From contig JAURHQ010000001.1 of the NCBI GenBank assembly GCA_030833185.1, forward strand, positions 27,250 through 91,249: 64,000 bases of DNA, in the 5' to 3' direction. Source of the stretch: Gammaproteobacteria bacterium. GTDB taxonomy: Bacteria > Pseudomonadota > Gammaproteobacteria > Ga0077536. A program made the position numbers and the translations under genes. Of this stretch, positions 9,784-21,074 are shown piece after piece. The notes beneath the pieces were generated by a model. It was not told where the DNA came from and searched no databases. It saw only the letters and a list, made by a program, of their open reading frames with translations. Position 1 is the stretch's first letter, and every line of letters begins with the position of its first letter.

Positions 9784-10212
9784 ATGACCCGCATCGATTT
9801 CCACGTGCTGCCTGAAGACGGCGGCCGCCGGCAGCATGACCACTACCTGTGCCAGATGGTGGAACAGCTCTGGCGCGGCGGCCGGAAGGTGCATCTGCAC
9901 TGCGCGGACGAGGCCATGCAAACCGCGTTCGATGAGCTGCTCTGGACCTTCAACGACACCAGCTTCCTGCCGCACGCGGCGACCGGTACCCCGGAAGCAG
10001 ACGCGGCAGCGGTGACGCTGGGCTGTGGCACAGCGCGCCCGGCCAGCGCCGAGGTGCTGGTCAACCTGCAGCCCGAGGTGCCGGCGTTTTTCAGCCAGTT
10101 CGAAACGGTCATCGAGACCACCGGCCCCGATGAGGCCGCGCGCGCCGCCGCCCGGCTGCGCTACCGCTTTTACAAGGACCGGGGCTATCCGCTTGAGATG
10201 GTGAAGGTCTGA
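9784..10212 (+). CDS. holC: DNA polymerase III chi subunit.
   Basis: A 142-aa HolC-like protein (MTRIDFHVLPEDG...) sits at the canonical pepA-holC-valS position. Confidence 0.8.
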   Translation: MTRIDFHVLPEDGGRRQHDHYLCQMVEQLWRGGRKVHLHCADEAMQTAFDELLWTFNDTSFLPHAATGTPEADAAAVTLGCGTARPASAEVLVNLQPEVPAFFSQFETVIETTGPDEAARAAARLRYRFYKDRGYPLEMVKV

Positions 10213-10476
10213 GCTGACATGACCGAGCCGCGTGATGCCAAGACTCCGGACCTCGACGCGCCGCTGGCGCGCCTGGCCGAAGCGCTGGACGAGCGCCACC
10301 GGGCGCAGGACGAGATCGTCCGCGGCCTGCGCCCGCCAGCTGGGCTGTCGCCCCCGAAACTGATCGACCGGGTGCGGGGCATCGACCCTGCCATTTTCCT
10401 GCGCGCCCCGGCGCTGCCACCGACCACGCCCGCGCTGGCCGACCTGATCCAACCTTCCGCAACACCCGAAGCGACC

Positions 10477-13254
10477 ATGACGCCCGAACCCGCGCTCGCC
10501 AAAACTTACGACCCGCACGCCATCGAACAGGCCCGCTATGCCCGTTGGGAAGCGGCCGGCCACTTCAAGCCGCAAGGCCGCGACGCGCCCTACTGCATCA
10601 TGCTGCCGCCGCCCAACGTGACCGGCAGCCTGCACATGGGGCATGCGTTTCAGGACACCCTGATGGACGCGCTCATCCGCTATCACCGCATGCAGGGTTT
10701 CCGCACGCTCTGGCAGTGCGGCACCGACCATGCGGGCATCGCGACCCAGATGGTGGTCGAGCGCCAGCTCGGCCTGAAAGGCAGTTCGCGCCACGATCTG
10801 GGCCGCGACCGCTTTGTCGATGCGGTGTGGGACTGGAAAGCCGAGTCCGGCGGCACCATCTCGCAGCAGCTGCGCCGCATGGGCGCCTCGATGGACTGGT
10901 CGCGCGAACGCTTCACGATGGACGACGGTCTGTCGGCGGCCGTGACCGAGGTCTTCGTGCGCCTGCACGAGGAAGGGCTCATTTATCGCGGCAAGCGGCT
11001 GGTGAACTGGGATCCGGTGCTGAACACCGCCATCTCGGATCTGGAAGTGGTGGCGACCGAAGAGCAGGGTCACCTGTGGCACATCCGCTATCCGCTGGAA
11101 GACGGTTCCGGCTACGTGGTGGTCGCCACCACCCGCCCGGAAACCCTGCTGGGCGACGCGGCGGTGGCCGTCCATCCTGACGACGAGCGCTATCAGGCAC
11201 TGATCGGCAAGCGCGTCGCGCTGCCGCTCTGCGACCGGACCATCCCCGTGATTGCCGACACCTACGTCGACCCGGCGTTCGGCTCGGGCTGCGTGAAAAT
11301 CACCCCGGCGCATGATTTCAACGACTACGCGGTGGGCGAACGGCACGACCTGCCCAAAATCAACATCTTCACCGACAACGCCGCGATCAACGACGCCGCG
11401 CCCGCGGCCTACCGCGGCCTCGACCGGGTGGTCGCGCGCCAACGCGTGGTGGCCGATCTGGAAGCGCTGGGTCTGATCGACAAAATTGACCCGCATAAGC
11501 TGATGGTGCCGCGCGGAGATCGCTCGCAGGCGGTCATCGAACCCTATCTGACCGACCAGTGGTTTGTGCGCATCGCGCCGCTGGCGGAGCCCGCGATTGC
11601 CTGCGTGGAAGACGGCCGCATCCGCTTCGTGCCGGAAAACTGGTCGAAAACCTATTTCGAGTGGATGCGGAACATCGAGGACTGGTGCATCAGCCGCCAG
11701 CTCTGGTGGGGCCACCGCATCCCGGCCTGGTATGCGCCGGACGGCAGCATCCACGTCGGCCGCACGGAGCGCGAGGCGCGCGCCAAGTCTGGCCTCGGCG
11801 CCGACGTGCCGCTGCGGCAGGACGAAGACGTGCTGGACACCTGGTTCTCCAGCGCCCTGTGGCCCTTCTCTACCCTCGGCTGGCCGGAGAAAACGCCGGA
11901 GCTCGAGACCTTCTACCCGACGAGCGTGCTGGTCACCGGCTTCGACATCATTTTCTTCTGGGTCGCCCGGATGATCATGATGGGGCTTAAGTTCATGGGC
12001 GATGTGCCCTTCCACGAGGTCTATATCCACGGGCTGGTGCGCGACGCCGACGGCAACAAGATGTCGAAGTCGAAGGGCAACATTCTTGATCCCATCGACC
12101 TCATCGACGGCATTGAGCTGGAACCGCTGGTTGGCAAGCGCACCAGCGGCCTGATGCGCCCGGAAGACGCGCCCAAAATTGCGGCCGCCACGCGCCGCCA
12201 GTTCGCCGACGGTATCCCGAGCTATGGCACCGATGCGCTGCGCTTCACCTTCGCGTCGATGGCCACCCAGGGCCGGGATGTGCGCTTCGATTTGGGCCGC
12301 ATCGAGGGCTATCGCAACTTCTGCAACAAAATCTGGAACGCCAGTCGCTACGTCCTGATGACGGTCGGCAGCGAGCCCCTGCCCGCCAGCGGCAATGCCC
12401 GCGGCGGTCTGGCCGAACGCTGGATCCGCCATCGGCTGGGGCAGGCGCTGACCGCGGTGCGCGACGGTTTTGACGCCTACCGCTTCGACCTCTCGGCGCA
12501 GGCCATTTATGAGTTCATCTGGGACGAGTTCTGCGACTGGTACATCGAACTGGCGAAGGTCACGCTGAACGACAGCACGGCCAGCGAGGCCGACAAGCTG
12601 CTGGTCCGGCGCACCCTGCTGGAGGTGCTGGAAGCGGCGCTCCGCGCGCTACATCCGCTGATGCCGTTCATTACCGAGGAGCTGTGGCTGAAAATCGCGC
12701 AGCTGCTGGGTAAGGCCGGCGACACCATCATGACCCAGACCTATCCGCGGGCCGCCGAATATCCGCTGGACCCCAAGGCGGCAGCCGAAGTGGACTGGCT
12801 GAAGACGGTGGTGCTCGGCGTGCGCCGGATCCGGGCAGAAAGCAATCTGGAACCGGCGCGCCGGATCCCCCTGCAGGTCAAAGGCGGCAGCGCCGACGAA
12901 CAGCAGTGGCTGGACGAGTGCGCCCCGTTTATTCAGCAGTTGGCGCGGGTGGAACGAATCGAGCGCGTCCCCCACGCCCGGAGCGATGCGACCACCGCGC
13001 TGGCCGGCGAAACCACACTGCTGGTGCCCTTGATGGACCTTATCGACCCGGCGGTCGAAGCCGACCGACTGGCCAAGGAGATTGCCAGGCTGGAACAGGA
13101 TCTGGCGCGGGTGAGCGCCAAGCTGGCGAACGACTCGTTCGTCGCGCGCGCGCCGGCCGAGGTGGTCAACAAGGAACGGAAACGCGCCGCCGACAACACG
13201 GACGCCATCGATCGCCTGCAGAGCCAGTTGCGTCGACTGCGACCGGACGGCTGA
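10477..13254 (+). CDS. valS: Valine--tRNA ligase.
   Basis: Product has HMGH and KMSKS motifs and a C-terminal coiled coil. ATG 10477 gives the canonical N-terminus [25 protein letters not shown]. The frame is also open back to ATG 10219. Confidence 0.9.
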   Translation: MTPEPALAKTYDPHAIEQARYARWEAAGHFKPQGRDAPYCIMLPPPNVTGSLHMGHAFQDTLMDALIRYHRMQGFRTLWQCGTDHAGIATQMVVERQLGLKGSSRHDLGRDRFVDAVWDWKAESGGTISQQLRRMGASMDWSRERFTMDDGLSAAVTEVFVRLHEEGLIYRGKRLVNWDPVLNTAISDLEVVATEEQGHLWHIRYPLEDGSGYVVVATTRPETLLGDAAVAVHPDDERYQALIGKRVALPLCDRTIPVIADTYVDPAFGSGCVKITPAHDFNDYAVGERHDLPKINIFTDNAAINDAAPAAYRGLDRVVARQRVVADLEALGLIDKIDPHKLMVPRGDRSQAVIEPYLTDQWFVRIAPLAEPAIACVEDGRIRFVPENWSKTYFEWMRNIEDWCISRQLWWGHRIPAWYAPDGSIHVGRTEREARAKSGLGADVPLRQDEDVLDTWFSSALWPFSTLGWPEKTPELETFYPTSVLVTGFDIIFFWVARMIMMGLKFMGDVPFHEVYIHGLVRDADGNKMSKSKGNILDPIDLIDGIELEPLVGKRTSGLMRPEDAPKIAAATRRQFADGIPSYGTDALRFTFASMATQGRDVRFDLGRIEGYRNFCNKIWNASRYVLMTVGSEPLPASGNARGGLAERWIRHRLGQALTAVRDGFDAYRFDLSAQAIYEFIWDEFCDWYIELAKVTLNDSTASEADKLLVRRTLLEVLEAALRALHPLMPFITEELWLKIAQLLGKAGDTIMTQTYPRAAEYPLDPKAAAEVDWLKTVVLGVRRIRAESNLEPARRIPLQVKGGSADEQQWLDECAPFIQQLARVERIERVPHARSDATTALAGETTLLVPLMDLIDPAVEADRLAKEIARLEQDLARVSAKLANDSFVARAPAEVVNKERKRAADNTDAIDRLQSQLRRLRPDG

Positions 13255-13266
13255 GGCCGCGCTGAC

Positions 13267-13494
13267 TTAGCCGGTGGCGGCGCCCAGCACCAGGCGCACC
13301 ACCAGCACCACGGTCGCAACGAACAACACCGTGCCGATAATCCCGGCAATGATGAACGCCTTGGCCGAGCCGCGACGGAAATCCCGCTCGCGGTTGCGCG
13401 AACTCTGCACGCCGAAGGCGGCCGCGATTACGCTCTGCGCGACCTGCCAGAGTGTCATCTTGGGTTCGTTTTCGGGAGAATTCTGGTCTTTCAT
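13267..13494 (-). CDS. DUF2970 family small membrane protein.
   Basis: Product [32 protein letters not shown]...[19 protein letters not shown] matches the DUF2970 pattern. Confidence 0.5.
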   Translation of the reverse strand: MKDQNSPENEPKMTLWQVAQSVIAAAFGVQSSRNRERDFRRGSAKAFIIAGIIGTVLFVATVVLVVRLVLGAATG

Positions 13495-13548
13495 CGGGGG
13501 CTCGCCGCGTACGCGGCCACCTCGCCGCAATCAGGACATGCTGACATC

Positions 13549-14265
13549 ATGCTCGGACAACTAAAAGAAGACCTGAACAGCATCTTTGCCCGCGACCCTG
13601 CGGCGCGAAACCTGTTTGAAGTGCTGACCACCTACCCCGGCGTCCATGCGCTGATCTTTCACCGGGCCAGCCACGCCCTGTGGCAACGCGGCTTCAAATG
13701 GCCGGCCCGCATGCTGTCGCATCTGGGCCGCTTTCTCACCGGCATCGAAATTCACCCCGGCGCCACTATCGGCCGGCGCTTTTTTATCGACCACGGCATG
13801 GGCGTGGTGATTGGCGAGACGGCGGAAATTGGCGATGACTGCACGCTCTATCACGGCGTCACGCTGGGCGGCACCAGCTGGAACAAGGGCAAACGCCATC
13901 CCACGCTGGGTAACGGGGTAGTGATCGGGGCGGGCGCCAAAGTGCTCGGCCCGATTCGGGTCGGCCACAACGCGCGGGTGGGGTCGAATGCGGTGGTGGT
14001 CAAGGATGTGCCCGATGAGGCGACCGTGGTCGGCATCCCGGCCCGCGAGGCCAGCAGCAAAACGGCCAGCGCGGATCTCTCGCTTGGCGAAGCCGGCCCC
14101 GGCGCGCCCGCCAGCTGCGCATTCAACGCCTATGGCGAAGCGCAGGACCTCAAGGACCCGCTGCTCATCAAACTCGAACAGCTCGCCAACCAGACCCGCG
14201 CGCTCGAAGAAAAGCTGGCCCGCCTGGAAAACCTGCTGCCGCCGGACGACGTAAACAGGCCCTGA
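13549..14265 (+). CDS. cysE: Serine O-acetyltransferase (short form) with a C-terminal coiled-coil extension.
   Basis: Product has the left-handed beta-helix hexapeptide region ([24 protein letters not shown]...) and the conserved DPA motif. It sits at the cysE-iscR position seen in Pseudomonas. Confidence 0.85.
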   Translation: MLGQLKEDLNSIFARDPAARNLFEVLTTYPGVHALIFHRASHALWQRGFKWPARMLSHLGRFLTGIEIHPGATIGRRFFIDHGMGVVIGETAEIGDDCTLYHGVTLGGTSWNKGKRHPTLGNGVVIGAGAKVLGPIRVGHNARVGSNAVVVKDVPDEATVVGIPAREASSKTASADLSLGEAGPGAPASCAFNAYGEAQDLKDPLLIKLEQLANQTRALEEKLARLENLLPPDDVNRP

Positions 14266-14278
14266 AAGCAGCGGAAAA

Positions 14279-14305
14279 AATAGTTGACCCTTTTACTAGG
14301 GATCA
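14279..14305 (+). promoter_or_regulatory. Putative IscR type-1 binding site in the iscR-suf promoter.
   Basis: aaATAGTTGACCCTTTTACTAGGGATcac nearly matches the E. coli iscR promoter site ATAGTTGACCAATTTACTCGGGAAT. It contains a TTGACC -35-like hexamer. Confidence 0.55.
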
Positions 14306-14353
14306 CGGACAATTCCCGACCTCAATTGTTGGTAATCATCCGGCAGGGCACAC

Positions 14354-14827
14354 ATGAGACTTACTACCAAAGGTCGTTACGCCGTCACCGCCATGGTGGA
14401 GTTGGCGTTACATCAGGACAAAGGCCGTATCTCTCTGGCGGAAATCGCCGAGCGCCACGGCATTTCGCAGTCCTATCTGGAACAGCTCTTCGCATCCTTG
14501 CGGCGTCGCGGCTTAGTTGACGGCACCCGCGGGCCGGGTGGCGGTTATCGTCTGGCCCGCCGGCGTACCGAAATCTCGGTAGCCGACGTCATCGACGCGG
14601 TCGACGAATCGGTCGACGCTACGCGCTGCGGCGGCAAGCGGAACTGCAAAGGCGAACAGGGCTGCATCACGCACAACCTGTGGGCCGAACTGAGCGACCA
14701 GATTCGCCACCATCTGGCCAGCGTCAGTCTGGAGAACGTAGTCGATAAAGCCGACGCGCCAGATGAAGTCCGAATCCTGAAGAAGTGGCCCATGACCAGC
14801 GCGCAGCCGTCGGCCATCTCGCCCTGA
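14354..14827 (+). CDS. iscR: Rrf2 family Fe-S cluster assembly transcriptional regulator IscR.
   Basis: N-terminal wHTH ([18 protein letters not shown]) and cluster-ligand cysteines (C92, C98, C104 type: [15 protein letters not shown]). Confidence 0.9.
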   Translation: MRLTTKGRYAVTAMVELALHQDKGRISLAEIAERHGISQSYLEQLFASLRRRGLVDGTRGPGGGYRLARRRTEISVADVIDAVDESVDATRCGGKRNCKGEQGCITHNLWAELSDQIRHHLASVSLENVVDKADAPDEVRILKKWPMTSAQPSAISP

Positions 14828-14847
14828 TCGCGCGAAGGAGAAAGACC

Positions 14848-15171
14848 ATGTCCATTACGCTTACCGAACGCGCCGCACAACACGTGCAGCGCTTTCTGGC
14901 GTCCAGCGGCGAAGGCAATCGCTTGCGGCTGGGCGTCAAACCCACCGGCTGCTCGGGCTACGCCTACGTGGTGAAGCCGGTGCAGGACGTGGGCGAGCAC
15001 GATCAGGTGTTTGTCTCGCACGGTGTGCAGGTGGTGGTCGATGACCAGAGTCTCGACTTCCTCAACGGCACCGAAGTGGACTTCACCCGCGAAGGCCTGA
15101 ATGAAGGCTTCAAGTTCAACAATCCCAACGTGGCCGCCACCTGCGGCTGCGGCGAGAGCTTCAGCGTCTAG
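14848..15171 (+). CDS. sufA: A-type Fe-S cluster carrier (SufA/IscA/ErpA family).
   Basis: HesB fold with C-x-GCG-SF C-terminal motif ([10 protein letters not shown]). ATG 14848 is preceded by AAGGAG. Confidence 0.85.
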   Translation: MSITLTERAAQHVQRFLASSGEGNRLRLGVKPTGCSGYAYVVKPVQDVGEHDQVFVSHGVQVVVDDQSLDFLNGTEVDFTREGLNEGFKFNNPNVAATCGCGESFSV

Positions 15172-15175
15172 ACCC

Positions 15176-16624
15176 ATGGCTGCTACTTCGAGCGACGTCC
15201 AGTCCCTGATCGGCCAGAAATACGAGGCCGGTTTCATTACCGATATCGAGCAGGAGCACCTGCCGCCGGGGCTGAGCGAAGACACCGTCCGCTTCATTTC
15301 AGGCAAGAAAGGCGAACCCGCCTGGCTGCTGGAATGGCGCCTCAAGGCCTTCCGCCGCTGGCAGGAGATGCAGGAGCCGGCGTGGGCGCACGTCGACTAC
15401 CCGAAGATCGACTACCAGTCGATCTCCTACTGGGCAGCCCCAAAGTCTGCCGGTGATGGCCCGAAAAGCCTGTCCGAGGTCGACCCCAAGCTGATCGAGA
15501 CCTACAACAAGCTGGGCATTCCGCTCGAAGAGCAGAAGATGCTGGCCGGTGTGGCGGTTGACGTGGTGTTCGACAGCGTCTCCGTGCACACCACCTTCAA
15601 GGACAAACTGGCGGCAGCCGGGGTCATCTTCTGCTCGTTCTCCGAAGCCGTGCGCGAACACCCGGAGCTTATCCGGCAATATCTCGGCTCGGTCGTGCCG
15701 CAGCACGACAACTACTTCGCGGCACTCAATTCGGCGGTGTTTTCCGACGGGTCTTTCGTCTACATCCCGAAGAACACCCGCTGCCCGATGGAGCTGTCGA
15801 CCTATTTCCGCATGAACGCGCGCAACACCGGGCAGTTCGAGCGCACGCTGATCGTGGCGGATGCCGGCAGCTATGTGAGCTACCTCGAAGGCTGCACCGC
15901 GCCCCAGCGCGACGACAACCAGCTGCACGCGGCGGTGGTCGAACTGGTGGTGCTGGACGACGCCGAAATCAAATACTCCACCGTGCAGAACTGGTATCCG
16001 GGCGACGAAGAAGGCCGCGGCGGCATCTACAACTTCGTCACCAAGCGGGCCGACTGCCGCGGGCGCAACGCGAAAGTCTCCTGGACGCAGGTCGAGACCG
16101 GCTCGGCGATTACCTGGAAGTACCCCAGTTGCGTGCTGCGCGGGGAAAACTCGGTGGGCGAGTTCTACTCGGTCGCCCTGACCCACAATCGTCAGCAGGC
16201 CGACACCGGCACGAAGATGATTCACCTCGGGCGCAATACCCGCAGCACCATCGTCTCCAAGGGTATTTCGGCCGGGCGCGGCCAGAACGCCTATCGCGGA
16301 CTGGTGCGTATCGCGCGCAGCGCCGAAGGCGCCCGCAACTACACCCAGTGCGACTCCCTGCTGATCGGCGACCAGTGCGGCGCTCACACCTTCCCCTATG
16401 TGGAAGTGAAAAACAGCAGCGCTAAGGTCGAGCACGAAGCCTCGACCTCCAAAATCAGCGAAGACCAGCTGTTCTACCTGCGCAGCCGCGGCATCGGTCA
16501 GGAAGACGCGGTCAATCTCATCGTCAACGGCTTCTGCAAGCAGGTCTTCAAGGAACTGCCCATGGAGTTCGCGGTGGAAGCCCAGAAATTGCTGAGTGTG
16601 AGCCTTGAAGGCGCAGTCGGCTGA
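15176..16624 (+). CDS. sufB: Fe-S cluster assembly scaffold SufB.
   Basis: Length and sequence are typical of SufB. ATG 15176 gives the N-terminus [20 protein letters not shown]. Confidence 0.9.
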   Translation: MAATSSDVQSLIGQKYEAGFITDIEQEHLPPGLSEDTVRFISGKKGEPAWLLEWRLKAFRRWQEMQEPAWAHVDYPKIDYQSISYWAAPKSAGDGPKSLSEVDPKLIETYNKLGIPLEEQKMLAGVAVDVVFDSVSVHTTFKDKLAAAGVIFCSFSEAVREHPELIRQYLGSVVPQHDNYFAALNSAVFSDGSFVYIPKNTRCPMELSTYFRMNARNTGQFERTLIVADAGSYVSYLEGCTAPQRDDNQLHAAVVELVVLDDAEIKYSTVQNWYPGDEEGRGGIYNFVTKRADCRGRNAKVSWTQVETGSAITWKYPSCVLRGENSVGEFYSVALTHNRQQADTGTKMIHLGRNTRSTIVSKGISAGRGQNAYRGLVRIARSAEGARNYTQCDSLLIGDQCGAHTFPYVEVKNSSAKVEHEASTSKISEDQLFYLRSRGIGQEDAVNLIVNGFCKQVFKELPMEFAVEAQKLLSVSLEGAVG

Positions 16625-16643
16625 ACGATACGGATCCCTCACC

Positions 16644-17393
16644 ATGCTTCAAATCGAAAATCTCCAGGTCGAAGTCGACGGCAAACCCATTTTGCGCGGG
16701 CTCAATCTGGACGTCCCGGCGGGTCAGGTCCACGCGATCATGGGTCCCAACGGCTCGGGCAAGAGCACGCTGGCCCACGTGTTGGCCGGCAAGCCGGGCT
16801 ATACCGTCACCGGCGGCTCGGTGCGCTTCAACGGCCGCGATCTGCTGGCGTTGTCACCGGAAGAACGCGCCGGCGAAGGCGTATTTCTGGCCTTTCAGTA
16901 CCCGGTTGAAATCCCGGGCGTGAACAACGTCTACATGCTGAAGGCGGCGCTGAACGGGATTCGCAAGCACCGTGGCCTGCCGGAAATCAACGCGGTGGAG
17001 TTTCTGCAGCAGGTGAAGGCCAAGACGGCCGCGCTGGGCCTGAAAGAAAGCCTGCTGAACCGGCCGGTCAATCAGGGCTTTTCCGGCGGCGAAAAGAAGC
17101 GCAACGAAATCTTCCAGATGAGCGTGCTGGAACCGCAGCTGGCGGTGCTGGACGAAACCGACTCGGGGCTGGATATCGACGCGCTGCGCATCGTGGCGGA
17201 AGGCGTGAACCAGCTGCGCGACCCCGCGCGTTCCTTTCTGGTGGTCACGCACTACCAGCGCCTGCTCGACTACATCGTGCCCGACGTGGTGCACGTGCTG
17301 GCTCAGGGCCGCATCATCAAGTCCGGCCCGCGCGAACTGGCGCTGGAACTGGAAGCCCGCGGCTACGACTGGCTCCTCCAAGCGGTGGCGTGA
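16644..17393 (+). CDS. sufC: Fe-S cluster assembly ATPase SufC.
   Basis: Product has Walker A GPNGSGKST, the ABC signature FSGGEKKR and Walker B LAVLDETDSGLD. Confidence 0.9.
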   Translation: MLQIENLQVEVDGKPILRGLNLDVPAGQVHAIMGPNGSGKSTLAHVLAGKPGYTVTGGSVRFNGRDLLALSPEERAGEGVFLAFQYPVEIPGVNNVYMLKAALNGIRKHRGLPEINAVEFLQQVKAKTAALGLKESLLNRPVNQGFSGGEKKRNEIFQMSVLEPQLAVLDETDSGLDIDALRIVAEGVNQLRDPARSFLVVTHYQRLLDYIVPDVVHVLAQGRIIKSGPRELALELEARGYDWLLQAVA

Positions 17394-18688
17394 TGGACTG
17401 GCTGGCTGCCCTTTCGCGCGAGTTCGCACCCGACGCCACCGCGCCTTACGCCGACATCCGGCAAGCGGCCCTGCGCCGCGTCGGCGCGCGCGGCTTGCCC
17501 ACGCCCCGTGAAGAGGCCTGGAAATACACCGACCTCAAGCCCTACGACGGCGCCGGCGACGCCGCCCGTTCACAAGCGCAGCCAAGCCCGCTGGCCTTGC
17601 TGGAGACCGGTGGACCGCAGCTGGTATTTGTCGACGGGGTGCTGGATGCCGCGCGCTCGTCGCTCTCCGCCTTACCGGCCGGTGTGCGGGTCCGAACGCT
17701 CTCGCAGGTACTACGGGAAGAGCCGGATGCGATAGCGCAGGCGATGGCGCGCTACACCGCCGAAGACGCGCAGATTTTTGCCGCGCTCAACGCCGCCTGC
17801 GCGCGCGACGGCGCGGTGGTTGAACTGGCCGCCGGCGCCACGTTGGCGCAGCCGCTGGTCGTCGCCTTCCTGAACACCGCCGCAGCCACGCGGCTCTTCA
17901 CGCTGCCGCTGGTGGTGGTGAAAGCCGGCGCGCAGAGCGCCTTGAGCCTGCTTGAACTGCACTACGGCGCCGCCGGCGCGACCAATCACAGCAACGCGCT
18001 CTGCGACATCGAGGCCGACACCGGCAGCCGGGTCGAGCACTACCGCCTGCAGGCTGAGGCGAGCGGCGCGGTACACATCGGCAATCTGCGGCTGGGGATT
18101 GGCCGCGATGCACGCGTCGCCAGTCATTCCCTCGCCTTTGGCGGCCGTCTGGCCCGGCTCGACATCAATGCCGAGCTCACGGCGCCGGGTGGCGAGGTGG
18201 TGCTGAACGGCCTGTTCCAGGCCGGCGCCGGCCAGCACATCGACCACCAGACCCGCATCGACCACGCGGCCCCGCATACCACCAGCCACGAGCTCTACAA
18301 GGGGCTGGCCGGCGGCGACGGTCGGGGCGTCTTCCGGGGGCAGGTGCTGGTGCGCAAACACGCGCAGAAAATTGCCGCGCGTCAGGCCAGCCATAACCTG
18401 CTGCTCTCGCCGCTGGCCGAAATCGACACCAAGCCGGAACTGGAAATCTACGCCGACGACGTGACCTGCGCGCACGGTGCGACGGTCGGTCAGTTGGACG
18501 ACACGGCGCTCTTCTACCTGCGCTCGCGCGGCATTGCAGAAGCCGAGGCCCGCGCGCTGCTGGTGTTCGGCTTCACGCAGGAAGTGGTGGAGCAGGTCGC
18601 CTTTGAACCCTTGCGCAACTGGCTCGCAGAAACCCTGGCCGGCAGCGCCGACGTCCCCCTGCCCGAACGGGTCGAGCTTGCGTCATGA
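17393..18688 (+). CDS. sufD: Fe-S cluster assembly protein SufD.
   Basis: Follows sufC with an ATGA-type overlap, and has a SufB/D family C-terminal region. Confidence 0.85.
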   Translation: MDWLAALSREFAPDATAPYADIRQAALRRVGARGLPTPREEAWKYTDLKPYDGAGDAARSQAQPSPLALLETGGPQLVFVDGVLDAARSSLSALPAGVRVRTLSQVLREEPDAIAQAMARYTAEDAQIFAALNAACARDGAVVELAAGATLAQPLVVAFLNTAAATRLFTLPLVVVKAGAQSALSLLELHYGAAGATNHSNALCDIEADTGSRVEHYRLQAEASGAVHIGNLRLGIGRDARVASHSLAFGGRLARLDINAELTAPGGEVVLNGLFQAGAGQHIDHQTRIDHAAPHTTSHELYKGLAGGDGRGVFRGQVLVRKHAQKIAARQASHNLLLSPLAEIDTKPELEIYADDVTCAHGATVGQLDDTALFYLRSRGIAEAEARALLVFGFTQEVVEQVAFEPLRNWLAETLAGSADVPLPERVELAS

Positions 18689-19932
18689 CGGCCCCGGTAC
18701 AGCCCCCGGTAGCGCCCTTCGCGGTCGATAAGGTACGCGCCGACTTCCCGATTCTCAGCACTCAGGTGCATGGCAAACCGCTGGTGTATCTCGACAACGC
18801 CGCGACCACGCAAAAGCCGCGCGCGGTGATCGATGCGCTTTCGCGCTATTACGAAACGACCAACGCCAACATCCACCGTGGCGTGCACAGCCTGAGCCAG
18901 CGCGCGACCGACGAGTTCGAGGCCGGCCGCGAAGCCGTGCGCCGATTTCTGAACGCCGGTAGCACCCGGGAAATCATTTTCACGCGCGGCACCACCGAGT
19001 CGATCAACCTCGTGGCCCAGACCTACGCCCGCATGCAACTCAAGGCGGGCGACGAAGTCCTGATCGGCGAGGCCGAGCACCACGCGAACATCGTGCCCTG
19101 GCAGCAGCTGCGTGATCTGCAGGGCGTCGTGCTAAAAGTTGCGCCGATCAACGAGGCCGGCGAACTCGACATGGCGGCCTTTGAGCGCCTGTTGACCGCG
19201 CGCACCCGACTGGTCGCAATTGGTCACGTGTCGAACGCGCTGGGCAGCATCAATCCGGTCGCACAAATTATCGAACTGGCCCATGCCCGGGGCGCCAAAG
19301 TGCTGGTGGACGGCGCGCAATCGGTCGCCCACGGGCCGGTCGACGTCACCGCGCTGGACTGCGATTTCTTCGCCTTCTCCGGCCACAAGCTGTTTGGGCC
19401 GACCGGCATAGGCGTGCTGTATGGCAAGGCCGAGTTGCTGGAAGCGATGCCGCCCTGGCAGGGCGGCGGCGACATGATTCGGACCGTCAGCTTCGAGCGT
19501 TCGGAGTGGAACGACCTGCCGTGGAAGTTCGAAGCCGGCACCCCGGACATTGCCGGCGGCATCGGCCTCAAAGCGGCGCTCGATTACCTCGCCGCGCTCG
19601 ATTTTGACGGCGCGCTGCGTCATGAACACGCCTTGCTGGCCTACGCGACGGCGCGGGCGGCCGAAGTCCCGGGCCTGCGCATCATTGGCACCGCGCGCGA
19701 GAAGGCCGGCGTGCTGTCGTTCGTGATCGACGGCCTGCATCCGCAAGATCTGGGCGTGCTGCTGGACAGTCAGGGCGTCGCCATCCGTACCGGCCACCAT
19801 TGCGCCATGCCGGTGCTGAGCCGCTATGGCCTGTCCGGCACCGCGCGCGCGTCGTTCGCGTTCTATAACACCCATGAAGACGTCGACCGCTTCTACGCCG
19901 CGCTCGCCAAAGCCTGCCAAATCCTCGCCTGA
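18685..19932 (+). CDS. sufS: Cysteine desulfurase SufS.
   Basis: Class II aminotransferase with the PLP lysine region SGHKL and catalytic Cys region RTGHHCA. Its start overlaps the sufD stop. Confidence 0.9.
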   Translation: MTAPVQPPVAPFAVDKVRADFPILSTQVHGKPLVYLDNAATTQKPRAVIDALSRYYETTNANIHRGVHSLSQRATDEFEAGREAVRRFLNAGSTREIIFTRGTTESINLVAQTYARMQLKAGDEVLIGEAEHHANIVPWQQLRDLQGVVLKVAPINEAGELDMAAFERLLTARTRLVAIGHVSNALGSINPVAQIIELAHARGAKVLVDGAQSVAHGPVDVTALDCDFFAFSGHKLFGPTGIGVLYGKAELLEAMPPWQGGGDMIRTVSFERSEWNDLPWKFEAGTPDIAGGIGLKAALDYLAALDFDGALRHEHALLAYATARAAEVPGLRIIGTAREKAGVLSFVIDGLHPQDLGVLLDSQGVAIRTGHHCAMPVLSRYGLSGTARASFAFYNTHEDVDRFYAALAKACQILA

Positions 19933-19945
19933 AAGAGCCGCCGCC

Positions 19946-20506
19946 ATGACTCTCCCCACCTTTGATAGCCACACGCCCATCGCCCTGTTACACGACTGCC
20001 AGGCGGTGCTCATTCCCGAAGGCACGCCCGTCACGCTGAGCGAAGGCACAGCGGTCTACATCACGCAGGCACTGGGCGGGTCGGTGACGGTGAATGTGAA
20101 CGGGAATCTGGCGCGGATCGCCGCCGCCCACGTGGACGCGCTGGGTATGGAGCCCGACCGCGGCCCGGCGCAGGGCGACAGCAGCGACGGCGAAGTCGAT
20201 GAAGGCCTGATCTGGGCCCAGCTCCAGACCTGCTACGACCCGGAGATCCCGATCAACATCGTGGAACTGGGGCTGATTTACCGCTGCGAAGTCGTGCCGG
20301 ACGAACAGGGCGGCAAGCGCGTGGAAATCGACATGACCCTCACCGCGCCCGGCTGCGGCATGGGCCCGATTCTGGTCGACGACGTGCGCGGCAAGGTCAG
20401 CACGGTGCCCAACGTCAGCGCGGTGGCGGTCGAGCTGACCTTCGACCCACCCTGGAATTCCGAGATGATGTCCGAGGCCGCGCGCCTGCAGACCGGGATG
20501 TATTGA
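19946..20506 (+). CDS. sufT: SufT-like / DUF59 (MIP18) Fe-S assembly protein with an extra N-terminal domain.
   Basis: C-terminal half has the DUF59 motif ([15 protein letters not shown]...TAPGCGMG). ATG 19946 within ORF 19826..20506. Confidence 0.7.
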   Translation: MTLPTFDSHTPIALLHDCQAVLIPEGTPVTLSEGTAVYITQALGGSVTVNVNGNLARIAAAHVDALGMEPDRGPAQGDSSDGEVDEGLIWAQLQTCYDPEIPINIVELGLIYRCEVVPDEQGGKRVEIDMTLTAPGCGMGPILVDDVRGKVSTVPNVSAVAVELTFDPPWNSEMMSEAARLQTGMY

Positions 20507-20547
20507 ACCGAGCGCAATCCGGGCGGTCACAAAACCCCGCGCGCACC

Positions 20548-20576
20548 GTGCTTTCGCACGCCGCAGCCAATATAAT
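20548..20576 (+). promoter_or_regulatory. Putative sigma70 promoter for ndk.
   Basis: Perfect TATAAT at 20571-20576, with a weak -35 (gtgctt) 17 nt upstream. This AT-rich element stands out in a roughly 68% GC region. Confidence 0.35.
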
Positions 20577-20630
20577 CTCCGCCCACTTTTCAAGCCCTTA
20601 CCTTATTTCATTTCAGGAGTCTCTCAGGCC

Positions 20631-21056
20631 ATGGCCAGCGAACGCACCCTCTCTATCGTCAAACCTGACGCGGTCAAGAAAAATCACATCGGTGGCATCC
20701 TCGCCAAACTCGAGGGCGCCGGCCTCACCATCATCGGGGCCAAGCTGATCAAACTCTCGCCCGAGCAGGCTGGTGCGTTCTACGGCGTCCACCGCGAGCG
20801 TCCGTTCTTTCAGGAACTCGTGGATTTCATGACTTCCGGCCCGATCATGGTTCAGGTGCTGGAAGGCGAAAACGCGATCCTGCGCAACCGCGAAGTCATG
20901 GGCGCCACCGACCCGGCGAAGGCCGAGGCCGGCACCATCCGCGCCGCCTTCGGCGCCAGCATCGGCGAGAACGCGGTACATGGTTCGGACGGCCCGGACA
21001 CCGCGCGCGGCGAAATCGCGTTCTTTTTCGCTGAATCCGAGCTTCAGTCCCGTTAA
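20631..21056 (+). CDS. ndk: Nucleoside diphosphate kinase.
   Basis: Product has NIIHGSD-type active-site region ([10 protein letters not shown]), and [15 protein letters not shown] is a canonical N-terminus. Confidence 0.9.
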   Translation: MASERTLSIVKPDAVKKNHIGGILAKLEGAGLTIIGAKLIKLSPEQAGAFYGVHRERPFFQELVDFMTSGPIMVQVLEGENAILRNREVMGATDPAKAEAGTIRAAFGASIGENAVHGSDGPDTARGEIAFFFAESELQSR

Positions 21057-21074
21057 GCCGCAACGCGCCCTGCG

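Noticed and set aside
9745-12432. An 895-aa ORF on the minus strand.
   Set aside because: It is antisense to valS, which has unmistakable class I aaRS motifs on the + strand. Long antisense ORFs are expected at about 68% GC, and it has no recognisable domains.
15299-16645. A 448-aa minus ORF.
   Set aside because: It is antisense to sufB. The same applies to 49329..50609 (antisense to the TonB receptor), 53504..54817 (antisense to the Rieske gene) and 32125..33462 (antisense to the PhoH gene).
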